From positions 7,880-71,879 of the forward strand of contig CAVQPQ010000001.1 of NCBI GenBank assembly GCA_963714695.1: 64,000 nt of DNA. The letters are read 5' to 3'. Below the pieces are notes generated by a model. The model made no database searches. It saw only the letters and a program-made list of their open reading frames with translations, and had not been told where the DNA came from. Origin of the DNA: an uncultured Verrucomicrobiae bacterium. Its GTDB lineage: Bacteria > Verrucomicrobiota > Verrucomicrobiia > Limisphaerales > UBA11358. Of the stretch, positions 53,870-63,440 are shown piece after piece. Both the position numbers and the translations under genes were made by a program. Position 1 is the first letter of the stretch, and every line of letters starts with the position of its first letter.

Positions 53870-55045
53870 ATGAATTACAAAATTTCTCAACGCGCCGCGT
53901 CGCTGTCACCGTCACTCACCCTCGCCATTGACGCCAAGGCCAAGGCCATGAAGGCCGCGGGCGAGGACGTCGTGGGCTTCGGCGCCGGCGAGCCGGATTT
54001 CGACACGCCGCAACACATCAAGGACGCCGCCGCCAAGGCGCTCGCCGCCGGGTTCACCAAATACACGCCGTCCAGCGGCATCCCGGAATTGCGCCAGGCC
54101 ATCGCCGACAAGTTCCAGCGCGAGAACGGCCTCACTTACAAGCCCTCGCAAATCATCGTGAGCAGCGGCGGCAAGCATTCCTGCTACAACGTCATTCTGA
54201 CAACGTGCCAGGAAGGCGATGAGGTCATCATCCCCGCGCCGTATTGGTTGAGTTATCCGGAAATGGTGAAACTCGCCAGCGCCAAGCCGGTGATTGTGCA
54301 AACCACCGACCAGAACGAATTCAAAGTCACGCCCGCGCAACTTCGCGCCGCCATCACGCCCAAGACACGTTTGTTCATCCTGAATTCGCCGAGCAACCCG
54401 ACGGGCAGCGTTTATACGCCGGAGGAAACCAAGGCGCTGGGCGACATCTGCGTTGAAAAGGGCGTGCTCATCATGAGCGACGAAATTTACGAGCACCTGC
54501 TTTATGACGGCGCGAAAGTAAAAAGCGTTGCCAGCTTCTCGCCGGCGCATCAGGAACACACCATCATCGTTCACGGCTTCGCCAAGGCGTGGAGCATGAC
54601 CGGCTGGCGGCTGGGTTTCCTGGCCGCGCCGGAACCGATTGCGAAAGCGATTGACGCGATTCAAAGCCACAGCACGAGCAACCCAACGTCGTTCGCCCAA
54701 AAAGGCGGCGTCGCCGCGCTCACCGGTCCGCAGGACCATCTGAAAGCCTGGCTGTCGGAATTCGACAAGCGCCGCCGTTTCGCGCACCAGAAGTTGAACG
54801 CCATTCCGGGCATTTCGTGCGTCAATGCCAAAGGGGCGTTCTATCTCTTCCCGAACATTTCCAAGACCGGCCTCAAGTCCACCGATTTCTGCGCAAGGCT
54901 GCTCGAAGCGGAAAAAGTCGCCGCCGTGCCCGGCATCGCTTTCGGCGCGGATGATTATATCCGCATCAGCTACGCCACCAGCATGGCGAACCTGGAGAAG
55001 GGACTGGAGCGGATTGATAAATTCGCGCGCAGTCTGGCAAAATAA
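53870..55045 (+). CDS. Class I pyridoxal-phosphate aminotransferase (aspartate aminotransferase-like)
   Basis: Motifs GEPDFDTP, NSPSNPTG and FAKAWSMTGWRLG (PLP lysine). Confidence 0.9.
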   Translation: MNYKISQRAASLSPSLTLAIDAKAKAMKAAGEDVVGFGAGEPDFDTPQHIKDAAAKALAAGFTKYTPSSGIPELRQAIADKFQRENGLTYKPSQIIVSSGGKHSCYNVILTTCQEGDEVIIPAPYWLSYPEMVKLASAKPVIVQTTDQNEFKVTPAQLRAAITPKTRLFILNSPSNPTGSVYTPEETKALGDICVEKGVLIMSDEIYEHLLYDGAKVKSVASFSPAHQEHTIIVHGFAKAWSMTGWRLGFLAAPEPIAKAIDAIQSHSTSNPTSFAQKGGVAALTGPQDHLKAWLSEFDKRRRFAHQKLNAIPGISCVNAKGAFYLFPNISKTGLKSTDFCARLLEAEKVAAVPGIAFGADDYIRISYATSMANLEKGLERIDKFARSLAK

Positions 55046-55063
55046 AATTGCGCGCGGCGTAAT

Positions 55064-55999
55064 TTAAATTTGCGGCGTTGAAAGCTGTTCGAGTTTCGCG
55101 CCTTCACGCCGCAAGAGGATGGCTTCCACCCGGGGCACATACATCTGTGTTTCAGCAGGCAGATGTCCGGCGATGACGTCATAACTGCGCGCTTTATAGC
55201 GATCCAAAAGTTTTTGCACCGTGCTCTCACCGGCGTTGTAGGCGGCCAGAGCGAGCCGCCAATCCTTGAAATGGTCGTGAAGATGTTTCAGATACCGGGC
55301 GGAGGCGGTCGCGCTCGGTTCCGGTTGATAACGCTGGTCGCGCGGCCACAGGGAAAGACCGAACCGTTTGGCCGTGTCCGGCATCAATTGAAACAATCCC
55401 GCCGCTCCCGCCGGACTCCGGGCGCGGCGGTCAAACGATGATTCCACTTCCGCCATCCAGACCAGCTCCGACGGAATCTTTTGCGCGACGAAAATTGGCT
55501 TCAACTCCGGCACATATTCTTTTGCCAGGGCCGGCCAGGGCCGGCCGGAAACTTTTCTCACCCAAATCTCGCGTTCCTTCTGCGGCGGGGGATTGGAAAC
55601 CGGCTGGGTCGGCTGGTTCGTTTCAACTTTTGGCGGCGGGATCGTGAGCCGGATTTCGTCCGCGACCTCCAGGTAATCCATCCGCGCCTTGAGCCACGCG
55701 GCGTAGGGCTGGGTTTCCTCGTGACTTTCCAGCAACGGCAGGACAGTGCGCGCGGTCTGCCGCAGCGCCGCAAGATCCACCACGTAGTCGCCTTGAAAAC
55801 TCTGCTGCACTTCGCGAAAAAATTGCTGGACGGCGCGTTCGTCCACCTCGGACAGCGCGTTGAGAACATTCGTGTCGAGATTTTCCTGCGCCCAGTCTTG
55901 CGCGCCTTGAACCAGTTCCGGCAACGTAACCGTGCCGTCATCCGCCCGCGCCACGAGCAAACCCGCCAAAAACAACACGAGGACGCCGTACATTTTCAT
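55064..55999 (-). CDS. Lytic transglycosylase (SLT domain)
   Basis: Signal peptide. Motifs AEVESSFDRRARSPAGAAGLFQLMPDTA and AAYNAG. Confidence 0.85.
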   Translation of the reverse strand: MKMYGVLVLFLAGLLVARADDGTVTLPELVQGAQDWAQENLDTNVLNALSEVDERAVQQFFREVQQSFQGDYVVDLAALRQTARTVLPLLESHEETQPYAAWLKARMDYLEVADEIRLTIPPPKVETNQPTQPVSNPPPQKEREIWVRKVSGRPWPALAKEYVPELKPIFVAQKIPSELVWMAEVESSFDRRARSPAGAAGLFQLMPDTAKRFGLSLWPRDQRYQPEPSATASARYLKHLHDHFKDWRLALAAYNAGESTVQKLLDRYKARSYDVIAGHLPAETQMYVPRVEAILLRREGAKLEQLSTPQI

Positions 56000-56180
56000 G
56001 ATTTCATCCCTGTTCCTCTTTCGAGGCGGCGGAACCACAAACGGCGGGAAACAGGAAATTCCCGCGCGTCCAACGACTCGCCTGAAATGTTTCCGAAGGC
56101 ATGATCGTATCATAGGTCGAAGCGCCGGCGGGGCAACGGATTTTTCATCAGGTTAAACTGATCAAGCTGAAGCTTGAACT

Positions 56181-56322
56181 CCAACCTGGGAGCGCTGGCG
56201 TCTCGCCGGCGTGTTTCGCTGCGAAGCATTCCCCAAACACTCGCCGCCGGGACGGCGGCGCTCCCAGGCTTGCAACCGTCAAGTTATGGCTCCTTGATTG
56301 TTTGACAAAGACATAATCCCGC
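56181..56322. repeat. Family A element, long 142-bp variant
   Basis: Same length and order as 49061-49202. The 36-bp tail differs at 2 positions. Confidence 0.85.
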
Positions 56323-56337
56323 AACCGCGTATAAACG

Positions 56338-56859
56338 TCATTTCAAAAAATCGCCTTGAAGCATCTGTATCAAATCCCGATAGCTGGTCATCAATTTCCC
56401 CGGCCGCCCGGCTGACGCTTTCCCGGCGGACAAATCAACCGGCTTGCTCATGGCCCGCACGTAGCGTTCACTCAAGGCGAGCCGCTCGTCATCCGAACCC
56501 ATCCGGCGCAAAAGTTCACAAACTATTTCCTCCTGCCGTTTGGCTTGGGCGATCTTCTTCAACGCTGCATCCGTGCCCAACTCACCGGCCTGAACGCGCT
56601 TCAACAAACCGCATTCAAACGTCCGGCAACGCACGGGACGTTCCGCATAAACCCGGCACAGCTTGCCATCGAAACAGGCGCATGGCTGCGCGAAAACCTG
56701 CTTGCGGCCCTTTTTCACCAGCGACAATCCAAGATCAGCAAGCCGTTCGGCATCATCGCCTGTTCGCAATTCCACGTCGGCAAACAAAACGCCATTGCAG
56801 CACAGGCCGCACTTCGGGCAAAGTTGTGAAACAAAGTTGGTTGAGAGATTTTTGTTCAT
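56338..56859 (-). CDS. YkgJ-family cysteine-cluster protein (UPF0153)
   Basis: CPKCGLCCNG and C..C..C patterns. Start at MNKNLSTN. Confidence 0.75.
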   Translation of the reverse strand: MNKNLSTNFVSQLCPKCGLCCNGVLFADVELRTGDDAERLADLGLSLVKKGRKQVFAQPCACFDGKLCRVYAERPVRCRTFECGLLKRVQAGELGTDAALKKIAQAKRQEEIVCELLRRMGSDDERLALSERYVRAMSKPVDLSAGKASAGRPGKLMTSYRDLIQMLQGDFLK

Positions 56860-56881
56860 CGCGCACTGTCCTCTTCTCACA

Positions 56882-56921
56882 CCCTCTCCCCGCCAAACGG
56901 GGAGAGGGACGGGGCGAGGGG
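56882..56921. repeat. Family B hairpin element
   Basis: CCCTCTCCCCGCCAAACGGGGAGAGGG followed by ACGGGGCGAGGGG. Lies between the ykgJ-like start and the hrpB stop. Confidence 0.8.
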
Positions 56922-56953
56922 TTCGTTCACTTCACATATAAAAATTCCTGATT

Positions 56954-59638
56954 TCATCGCCACAGATGTTTCGGATATTTCCGCTGCAACTCGGATTTGA
57001 TGCGCGGATAGTGCTCGCGCCAGAAATTGGCCAGGTCCTGCGTTATCTGGATCGGTTTCATGCCCGGCGTCAAAATGTGAACCAGCACCGGCACGCGCCC
57101 CAGCGCAATCTTCGGAGTCTGGGTCACGTCGTAAAGTTCCTGGATGCGCAACGAAATATACGGCGAACCGGTTGCCTCGTAAGCGACCTTCGGCGTGCGC
57201 CCGTTCGGCAGCGTCAACCGCTCCGGCGCGTGCTTGTCCAGCAACGCGCGTTGCGACTCGGACAGCCACGACATCACAACCGGTTTCACTTCGCGTTCCT
57301 TGATGTCCTTGTAGCTCACCGCGCCGTGGCAAAGCTGCCCGATGATGTGCTTGCGGTCGTCTTCGGTAATGGGCGGAAGCTGAAGCTCGGGACAATGCTG
57401 GCAAAGCAGCCTCAGCCGCAACAGCCATTGCTCGACGCTGTGATCCCAGTTCGGCAGCGGCAATCGTCCGGCAATAATCTCACCGGCCAGTATCCGTGCC
57501 GCCGCGTCAGCCGGCGGCGGTTCAACGCGTTTGGCCGACAACGCCAAACCGCGAAATTTCACCAACTCCGCGGCTTGCACCCGTCTGGCCGTTGAATCGA
57601 ACTGGACGTGCAGGTCGGATTCCATGTCTTCGGGGTAAAGTTCGCGCAACCAGTCCGCTTCAATGGCGGTGGCCAGGGAAAGAATGGTGTTCACTTCCCG
57701 GCCCTCGACTTCGCGGACTTCGGTGGCGACGAACAAAGGACTGTGTTGCACGGAGCTTTCGCGCGCCAGTACACCGCGTCGTCCGTGAACGAGTTCGCAA
57801 CGCAGCGTGCCCTGGTCCAGCCGCCGCGCCACGCGGTCGGAAAACCCGATGAGAATGCATTTTTGCAACGCCTCGTCCTTCACCTCGCGCGGTTTCACAT
57901 CGAGTCCCTCGCGTTCGGCGATGCGCACGAATTGTTCTAACAATGGCCCGACCTGACGTGCGGTCACGGCGTGGATGCCGAGCCGGCGGCAAGCATCGAG
58001 ACGGAACTGGTTTTTGGCCGCATAAGTCCACGCGCGCATGAGAATCCAGAAATCCGACGATGCTTTCTCCCCCAGCAAATCCTCGCGAAGTGAGTTTGTA
58101 TCGCGGTCCACATTGCGCAGCAGCAGGTCGCGTCCCTGTGTGAGCGCGGCAACGAGGCAGGCTTGATGAACGCAGCCATACTCGTGGGCGGCGAGCAACA
58201 TGCGCGAGTAGCGCGGATGCAGCGGAAACGCGAGCATCTTGCGGCCGATGGCGGTGATGGTAGTGGCACAGGCGTCTCGCCTGTGAGTTTCCGTCTGTTC
58301 CGCCGCACCTGAAACACACAGGCGAGACGCCTGTGCCACTTTCAGCGCCCCCAAATCCAGCAACAATTCCTCCGCATGGACCAGGCTTTGTTCATCCGGC
58401 GGTTCGAGCCAGCGGAACTTCCGCAAATCTTCGACACCGGCGGCTTTGAGTGTGAGCACCACTTCAGCCAGATCAAGCCGCTTGATTTCCGGCAGTTCCT
58501 GAACCAACCGATGGCCATGTTCCTCCCGCAACCAAAGCCTCATGCAGACGCCCGGCGCGGTGCGGCCCGCCCGGCCCGTGCGCTGGTCCGCCGATGATTG
58601 GCTGATCTTCTCGATGAGCAGCGTATTGAAGCCCCGACACGAGTCGTGTCGGGGAATGCGTGCCAGCCCGCTGTCAATCACCAGCCGGATGCCGTCAATG
58701 GTCAGCGAGGTCTCGGCGACATTGGTGGAAACGACCACTTTGCGCTGGCCGTAACGCGCCACCGCGGCGTCCTGGTCTTTGGGGGAAAGTTCGCCGTGCA
58801 ACGGAAGCAGAATAAAACCTTTTGACTCCGAGGTGTGCCGAATGGCCTCGATGGTTTGCGAAATTTCATACCCGCCCGGCATGAACACCAGCACGTCACC
58901 CTCCCCGCCAGAACCAACGTAGCGGCTGAAGGCCTCGGCGGCCTGCTCCCAAACCGGGCGTTTGTCCACGTAACCCGGCTGCGCGGCGTATTCGATTTCG
59001 ACCGGAAACACGCGGCCTTCGGAGGAAAGGATGGAGCAGGATAATTTATTTGTAGGAGACGACGTGAGGAGTCTCTGATTTATGTCTTTTGAAGTGTGAG
59101 CCTCGTCACCTCGGCACCTACATTTCGACAAATAATCCCCTAGCAACTCCACATCCAACGTGGCGGACATGACGATGAGATTCAGGTCGGGCCGGTGCTG
59201 TTCCTGCAAATCCAAAGACCGCGCCAGCGTGATATCGCCGTAAAGATGCCTTTCGTGAAACTCGTCGAAGATAAGAACGGAAACGCCGCGCAATTGTGGA
59301 TCGTCAATCATTTGCCGGAGTAAAACCCCTTCCGTTACAAACCGGATTTTCGTCCGCGGCGACGTTACGTTCTCGAAACGGATTTGGTAGCCGACTTCGT
59401 TACCAAGCTGGACGCCGAGCTCCTGTGCCACGCGCGACGCGAGCAACCGCGTAGCCAGCCTGCGCGGCTGGAGGATGACAACTTGCCCGTCGCCGAGCAA
59501 TCCGTGCCGGAGCAGCATCTGCGGGACTTGCGTGGATTTGCCGGAACCGGTTGGCGCGGACAAAATCAGTCGCCGGTCGGTTTTCAGCCGGGCAACGATG
59601 TCGCGCTCGATTTCGTAAATGGGCAAATGGTCAGCCAT
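56954..59638 (-). CDS. hrpB: ATP-dependent RNA helicase HrpB (DEAH box)
   Basis: Motifs APTGSGKST, DEFHER, MSATL and QRTGRAGR, plus a C-terminal HrpB_C-like region. Two palindromic repeats lie within the ORF. Confidence 0.9.
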   Translation of the reverse strand: MADHLPIYEIERDIVARLKTDRRLILSAPTGSGKSTQVPQMLLRHGLLGDGQVVILQPRRLATRLLASRVAQELGVQLGNEVGYQIRFENVTSPRTKIRFVTEGVLLRQMIDDPQLRGVSVLIFDEFHERHLYGDITLARSLDLQEQHRPDLNLIVMSATLDVELLGDYLSKCRCRGDEAHTSKDINQRLLTSSPTNKLSCSILSSEGRVFPVEIEYAAQPGYVDKRPVWEQAAEAFSRYVGSGGEGDVLVFMPGGYEISQTIEAIRHTSESKGFILLPLHGELSPKDQDAAVARYGQRKVVVSTNVAETSLTIDGIRLVIDSGLARIPRHDSCRGFNTLLIEKISQSSADQRTGRAGRTAPGVCMRLWLREEHGHRLVQELPEIKRLDLAEVVLTLKAAGVEDLRKFRWLEPPDEQSLVHAEELLLDLGALKVAQASRLCVSGAAEQTETHRRDACATTITAIGRKMLAFPLHPRYSRMLLAAHEYGCVHQACLVAALTQGRDLLLRNVDRDTNSLREDLLGEKASSDFWILMRAWTYAAKNQFRLDACRRLGIHAVTARQVGPLLEQFVRIAEREGLDVKPREVKDEALQKCILIGFSDRVARRLDQGTLRCELVHGRRGVLARESSVQHSPLFVATEVREVEGREVNTILSLATAIEADWLRELYPEDMESDLHVQFDSTARRVQAAELVKFRGLALSAKRVEPPPADAAARILAGEIIAGRLPLPNWDHSVEQWLLRLRLLCQHCPELQLPPITEDDRKHIIGQLCHGAVSYKDIKEREVKPVVMSWLSESQRALLDKHAPERLTLPNGRTPKVAYEATGSPYISLRIQELYDVTQTPKIALGRVPVLVHILTPGMKPIQITQDLANFWREHYPRIKSELQRKYPKHLWR
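58263..58339. repeat. Family D palindromic element inside hrpB ORF
   Basis: Arms are GTGGCACAGGCGTCTCGCCTGTG and CACAGGCGAGACGCCTGTGCCAC (23-bp perfect inverted arms, 31-bp spacer). Confidence 0.85.
59051..59122. repeat. Family C palindromic element inside hrpB ORF (72 bp = 24 codons)
   Basis: Arms are TGTAGGAGACGACGTGAGGAGTCTC and GAGCCTCGTCACCTCGGCACCTACA. The element translates as ..RCRGDEAHTSKDINQRLLTSSPTN.. Confidence 0.85.
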
Positions 59639-59709
59639 GCGCCTCAATCGTAACTGGCGGAGGAAGCTTCTGGCGAAATGATTTTTTCACCGGACGCAGT
59701 TCGACACCG

Positions 59710-59792
59710 CCTGGGAGCGCTGGCGTCCCGCCGGCGTGTTGGAGATGTCTGTCGCAACGCAGCAAGCTGGCGGGACGCCGGCGCTCCCAAGG
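59710..59792. repeat. Family A palindromic element
   Basis: Arms are CCTGGGAGCGCTGGCGTCCCGCCGGCG and GCTGGCGGGACGCCGGCGCTCCCAAGG. Lies upstream of hrpB. Confidence 0.85.
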
Positions 59793-59999
59793 CACAAAAT
59801 CCAGTTCCGTAGAAACATTGCAATTGGCAGCGGTGCCGGTTTTGGAGATTGACTTGACGCAGGGAATTGGTAATAAAAGGAAAAACTCAGAAAGTCTTGG
59901 CGCAGTTGGAAATCAACCCTGTATGAACGGACTCAAATGTCATAATTCTAGGACTGACCCTTTCATTTTCTTCCATTAAAATAAACTAGAACTAAAATT

Positions 60000-60608
60000 A
60001 TGAAAATCCGTCCTTTATTAATATTGATAGCTTGTTTATCCTGCTTGCCTTCGGCTTTTGCAACTGCTTTTTCAAATCCAACTAATGGGATTTACTTGGC
60101 GATTACAGAAAACGTATCGGGATTGGGGATACCCAGCACAAACGAGCCATTCCATTTCAATGACAACCTTAATTGGGCGACGTATTGCAACACTGGTAAG
60201 ATTAGTATTTGGTATCCGGTAGATCATGCTTATGGAGTTAAAATTAAAATGTTCGCTCCAGATGGTAAAGAGGTGCCAAAGACTGCATTGGGCGATAGTT
60301 TTGGTTCAAAGTGGGACAGGCTGCATGACTATAAAAGCACTCGATTGCAGCCTATTTACGCTTGGGGATCATTTAAGGAAAATCAGGGTGAATCAAGTGG
60401 TGGAATTCTTCCTGCGCCAAAAGAGCTATTTGAGATGAAAGACCCCGGCCTTTATACGATGGAGATTGAAATGCAGATGTTTCGTTATGTTGCCACTAGA
60501 GACACTGATGTATGGTTTCGAAACTTGCTTTGCTTTTCTCCAATTAGAATCAAAGTGGAAAATCCGCCGGAAGCAAAAACAAAATTGAACTCGACACGCC
60601 AACCATAG
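60000..60608 (+). CDS. Hypothetical secreted protein in a low-GC islet
   Basis: Signal peptide MKIRPLLILIACLSCLPSAFA. The region is markedly AT-richer than its neighbours. I recognise no family. Confidence 0.5.
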   Translation: MKIRPLLILIACLSCLPSAFATAFSNPTNGIYLAITENVSGLGIPSTNEPFHFNDNLNWATYCNTGKISIWYPVDHAYGVKIKMFAPDGKEVPKTALGDSFGSKWDRLHDYKSTRLQPIYAWGSFKENQGESSGGILPAPKELFEMKDPGLYTMEIEMQMFRYVATRDTDVWFRNLLCFSPIRIKVENPPEAKTKLNSTRQP

Positions 60609-60689
60609 CACGCGTGATGCCAATGAAAGTTGAACGCTGGAACGGCTTCTCGGTTATGAACGCTTCATAAAACGAAGCCAAGCTCACCC

Positions 60690-60815
60690 ACATCAAACTG
60701 AACCGCCAAACGCGTTGCCCTCCTCGTGGCGCTGTCCCGGTTACCCATCGTCGTTTTGAGATCGCGCAGACACACCTCCAAACGCCACCGGCGGCAATAG
60801 AGCGCCATCATCATT
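60690..60815 (-). pseudogene. Relic of an IS4-like transposase
   Basis: Minus strand translates ALYCRRWRLEVCLRDLKTTMG. This is the same Y-x2-R-W-x-(I/L)-E signature block as the intact transposase (YRCRWSIEVFFKELKQT). There is no surrounding ORF. Confidence 0.5.
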
Positions 60816-60914
60816 CCCGCCCCCGGCCTGGCCGAATTTCAAAAACTGCTGGAAGAAAAGATCAAGACGTCAAACGAATTGCCGGAGAAAAACCTGCCGG
60901 AGACGTAACGCGGT

Positions 60915-61997
60915 TCAATCACCAAGGGAAATCCCAAGGGCGCGCGCCGTCCGCGCCATGTTGCCATCGGGGGGAACGGTTTTCAACCGGCCGACGGCAT
61001 CGGCTATCGGCACGGAACCAACGTGCTGGCCGGTGAACGCAACCATTTTGCCGAAGCCGCCGGCGGCAATCAGTTCCACGGCGACCGCGCCAAACATGGA
61101 ACAGAGCACGCGATCAAAAGTCGTCGGGCTGCCGCCGCGCTGGAGATGGCCGAGCACACAGCAGCGTGCCTCCTTGCCCGTGCGTTTTTCCAGTTCGGCG
61201 GTGACCACCGCGCCGATGCCGCCCAACCGGGCCTCGCGATTGGCTTCCTGGGCGCCGGTTGTGACGAAGCCGCCGGCCTTTTCCCGCGCACCCTCCGCCG
61301 CAACCACGAGCGTGAACTTTTTTCCCTTGGCCTCGCGCTCGCGAATTTTGGCGCAGATGCTGTCGTAGGTGAACGGGATTTCCGGAATCAGAATCACATC
61401 CGCGCCGCCCGCCACTCCGGCGTAAAGCGCAATCCAGCCCGCGTACCGGCCCATGACTTCGAGCACCATCACGCGGTTGTGGCTCTCGGCGGTGGTATGG
61501 AGCCGGTCCAGGGCGTCGGTCGCGCAAGCCACGGCGGAATCGAATCCGAAGGTCAGCAGCGTGCCATCGAGGTCGTTGTCAATTGTCTTGGGCACGCCGA
61601 CGATGGGAATGCCGTGTTCAAGCATCTGCAGGGCAATGCTGAGCGAGCCGTCACCGCCGATGGACACCAGCGCCGAGAGGCCGAGGGCATCCATGCCGGC
61701 CTTGGTGGCATCGAGCAATTCCTTCGGCAATTGCCGGCCTTCGCCGTGGCCGGTCTTGGCGGAGAATTTCCCGCGGTTGGCGGTGCCAAGAATGGTGCCG
61801 CCGCGGGTAAGCAATCCGCCCAGGGCGTTGTAGTCGAGCAGACGGAACTGGCGCGGTTCCAGCAGGCCTTCATAGCCGCCGATGATGCCGAAGGTTTCCC
61901 AACCGCGCATGGCGGCCGCCTTGGCCACGGCACGGATGACCGCGTTGAGTCCGGGGCAATCGCCGCCGCCGGTGACAATGCCGATTTTTTTATTCAT
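60915..61997 (-). CDS. pfkA: 6-phosphofructokinase
   Basis: Motifs GIVTGGGDCPGLNAVIR, IGGDGS, PKTIDND and MGRYAG. Confidence 0.9.
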   Translation of the reverse strand: MNKKIGIVTGGGDCPGLNAVIRAVAKAAAMRGWETFGIIGGYEGLLEPRQFRLLDYNALGGLLTRGGTILGTANRGKFSAKTGHGEGRQLPKELLDATKAGMDALGLSALVSIGGDGSLSIALQMLEHGIPIVGVPKTIDNDLDGTLLTFGFDSAVACATDALDRLHTTAESHNRVMVLEVMGRYAGWIALYAGVAGGADVILIPEIPFTYDSICAKIREREAKGKKFTLVVAAEGAREKAGGFVTTGAQEANREARLGGIGAVVTAELEKRTGKEARCCVLGHLQRGGSPTTFDRVLCSMFGAVAVELIAAGGFGKMVAFTGQHVGSVPIADAVGRLKTVPPDGNMARTARALGISLGD

Positions 61998-62070
61998 GGC
62001 TGATGCTCGAAATGAAGTTCCTGGTCAGATTGCAAAAGTTGGCGTCCAATGTCACGCAACAGTTGCACGA

Positions 62071-62097
62071 CATGAACATTCAACATCGAACATCCAA
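62071..62097. repeat. Degenerate heptanucleotide array (CATCCAA-like), intergenic
   Basis: CATGAA CATTCAA CATCGAA CATCCAA. It lies immediately 3' of the AI-2E transporter stop and uses the same unit as the glnS array. Confidence 0.7.
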
Positions 62098-63180
62098 TCA
62101 GGACACGGCGGGCGGCGGTGATGGAACTGATTCGGTACGGTGGGTGGAAATCCATTCGGCCACCAGCCGGTAACCGACGGCCAGCAGCGTCGGGCCAAGA
62201 AAAACGCCGATGAAGCCGAATGTCAGCGCACCGCCCACCACGCCGAAGAAAATCAGGATGAATGGCAGGTCGCTGCCTTGGCTGATGAGCCACGGCTTGA
62301 CAAAGTTGTCAATGTTGGCGACGCCCACGCCCCAGACGAGCAGGAAGACGCCCCAGCCGGTCAGGCCTTGATGAAAAAGCCAGAGGGCGGCGGGAATCCA
62401 GATCAAACCGGTCCCCACCACCGGCACCACGGAGGCGAAAAAGGTCAGCAGCGCCAGCAGCATGGCCCCCGGCACGCCGGCGATGAGCAGGCCGATGCCC
62501 GTCGTAATCGCCTGCAGGAGCGCAGTGCCCAGGATGCCATAGACGACCCCGCGAACCGTCTTGCCGGCGACGGTCAGTAGGTGTTTGCCCGGTTCGCCGG
62601 CGATCCGATCAACCGCCGTGGTCAAAAGTCCACCGGCGGCAACACCATCGCGGAACAGGAAGAACGCGACAAAAATGCTCAAGGTCAGTTGGATCAGGCC
62701 GCCGCCCAGCGCCAGGCCGCCCTTGAGCAGCCACGCACCCGCCGGTTCGACAAAGCGTTGGGCTTCCGTCCACAACTTCGAGGTGTCCGCCGCCATGCTT
62801 TGCCAGTAGGCCGCCGCTTGTGGTCCGACGACGGGTACTTTGGCCAGCCAATCGGGCGGAGCCGGCGGACCGTTTTCGATCCAGTGTTTTGTCGCGTCGG
62901 TAAGCTGGTTGATATTGTCGGCGAGCGTCATGCCCACGACGACGAAAGGCAGCAGGATGACGAGCACCATTGCGAGTGTCATCAGGAGGGCGGCCAGCGT
63001 GCGCCGGTTGCCAAGCAGTGCAAGCAGCCGGCGATAGACGGGCCAGCTCGAAATACTGAGCACCACCGCCCAGAGCAGGGCGGACACGAAGGGGCGCAAC
63101 ACGAGCAGGCAGCCGGCCAGCAGGACCAGCAGGACAATCCAGCCAAGGTTTTGTTCCAGTTTCGATCGCAATGGATTCAT
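62098..63180 (-). CDS. AI-2E family transporter (PerM/UPF0118)
   Basis: Eight TM helices. The VPVVGTGLIWIPAALWL pattern is typical of the family. Confidence 0.85.
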   Translation of the reverse strand: MNPLRSKLEQNLGWIVLLVLLAGCLLVLRPFVSALLWAVVLSISSWPVYRRLLALLGNRRTLAALLMTLAMVLVILLPFVVVGMTLADNINQLTDATKHWIENGPPAPPDWLAKVPVVGPQAAAYWQSMAADTSKLWTEAQRFVEPAGAWLLKGGLALGGGLIQLTLSIFVAFFLFRDGVAAGGLLTTAVDRIAGEPGKHLLTVAGKTVRGVVYGILGTALLQAITTGIGLLIAGVPGAMLLALLTFFASVVPVVGTGLIWIPAALWLFHQGLTGWGVFLLVWGVGVANIDNFVKPWLISQGSDLPFILIFFGVVGGALTFGFIGVFLGPTLLAVGYRLVAEWISTHRTESVPSPPPAVS

Positions 63181-63440
63181 CGGGGCGGTTTCCGTGCAAC
63201 GGATGCAGCCAGTTCATCATGGACGCACCGGGGGTTCAATGCTGTTTTTTCGCTCCCGCCGTCCGGGGGCCGCCCTTCACGCACCGCCCGGGAGCGCGGC
63301 CGTGTCGAAGAACAGCCGCAGCAGTTGCAAAACGTCCGCTGGAAGGCGACCACAACGTCCAGCGCGCATCGGACGGAACTCGTCACGCTGATTGAACACG
63401 CGCCCTGACTCCGTTTCGTGCTCCTGGCATGGCGATGAAT

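Noticed and set aside
53552-53890. 112-aa minus-strand ORF upstream of the aminotransferase gene
   Set aside because: It consists largely of the family C palindrome translation (ETSLLTSAPT), and its 5' end lies inside the opposite-strand aminotransferase gene. It has no independent coding signal.
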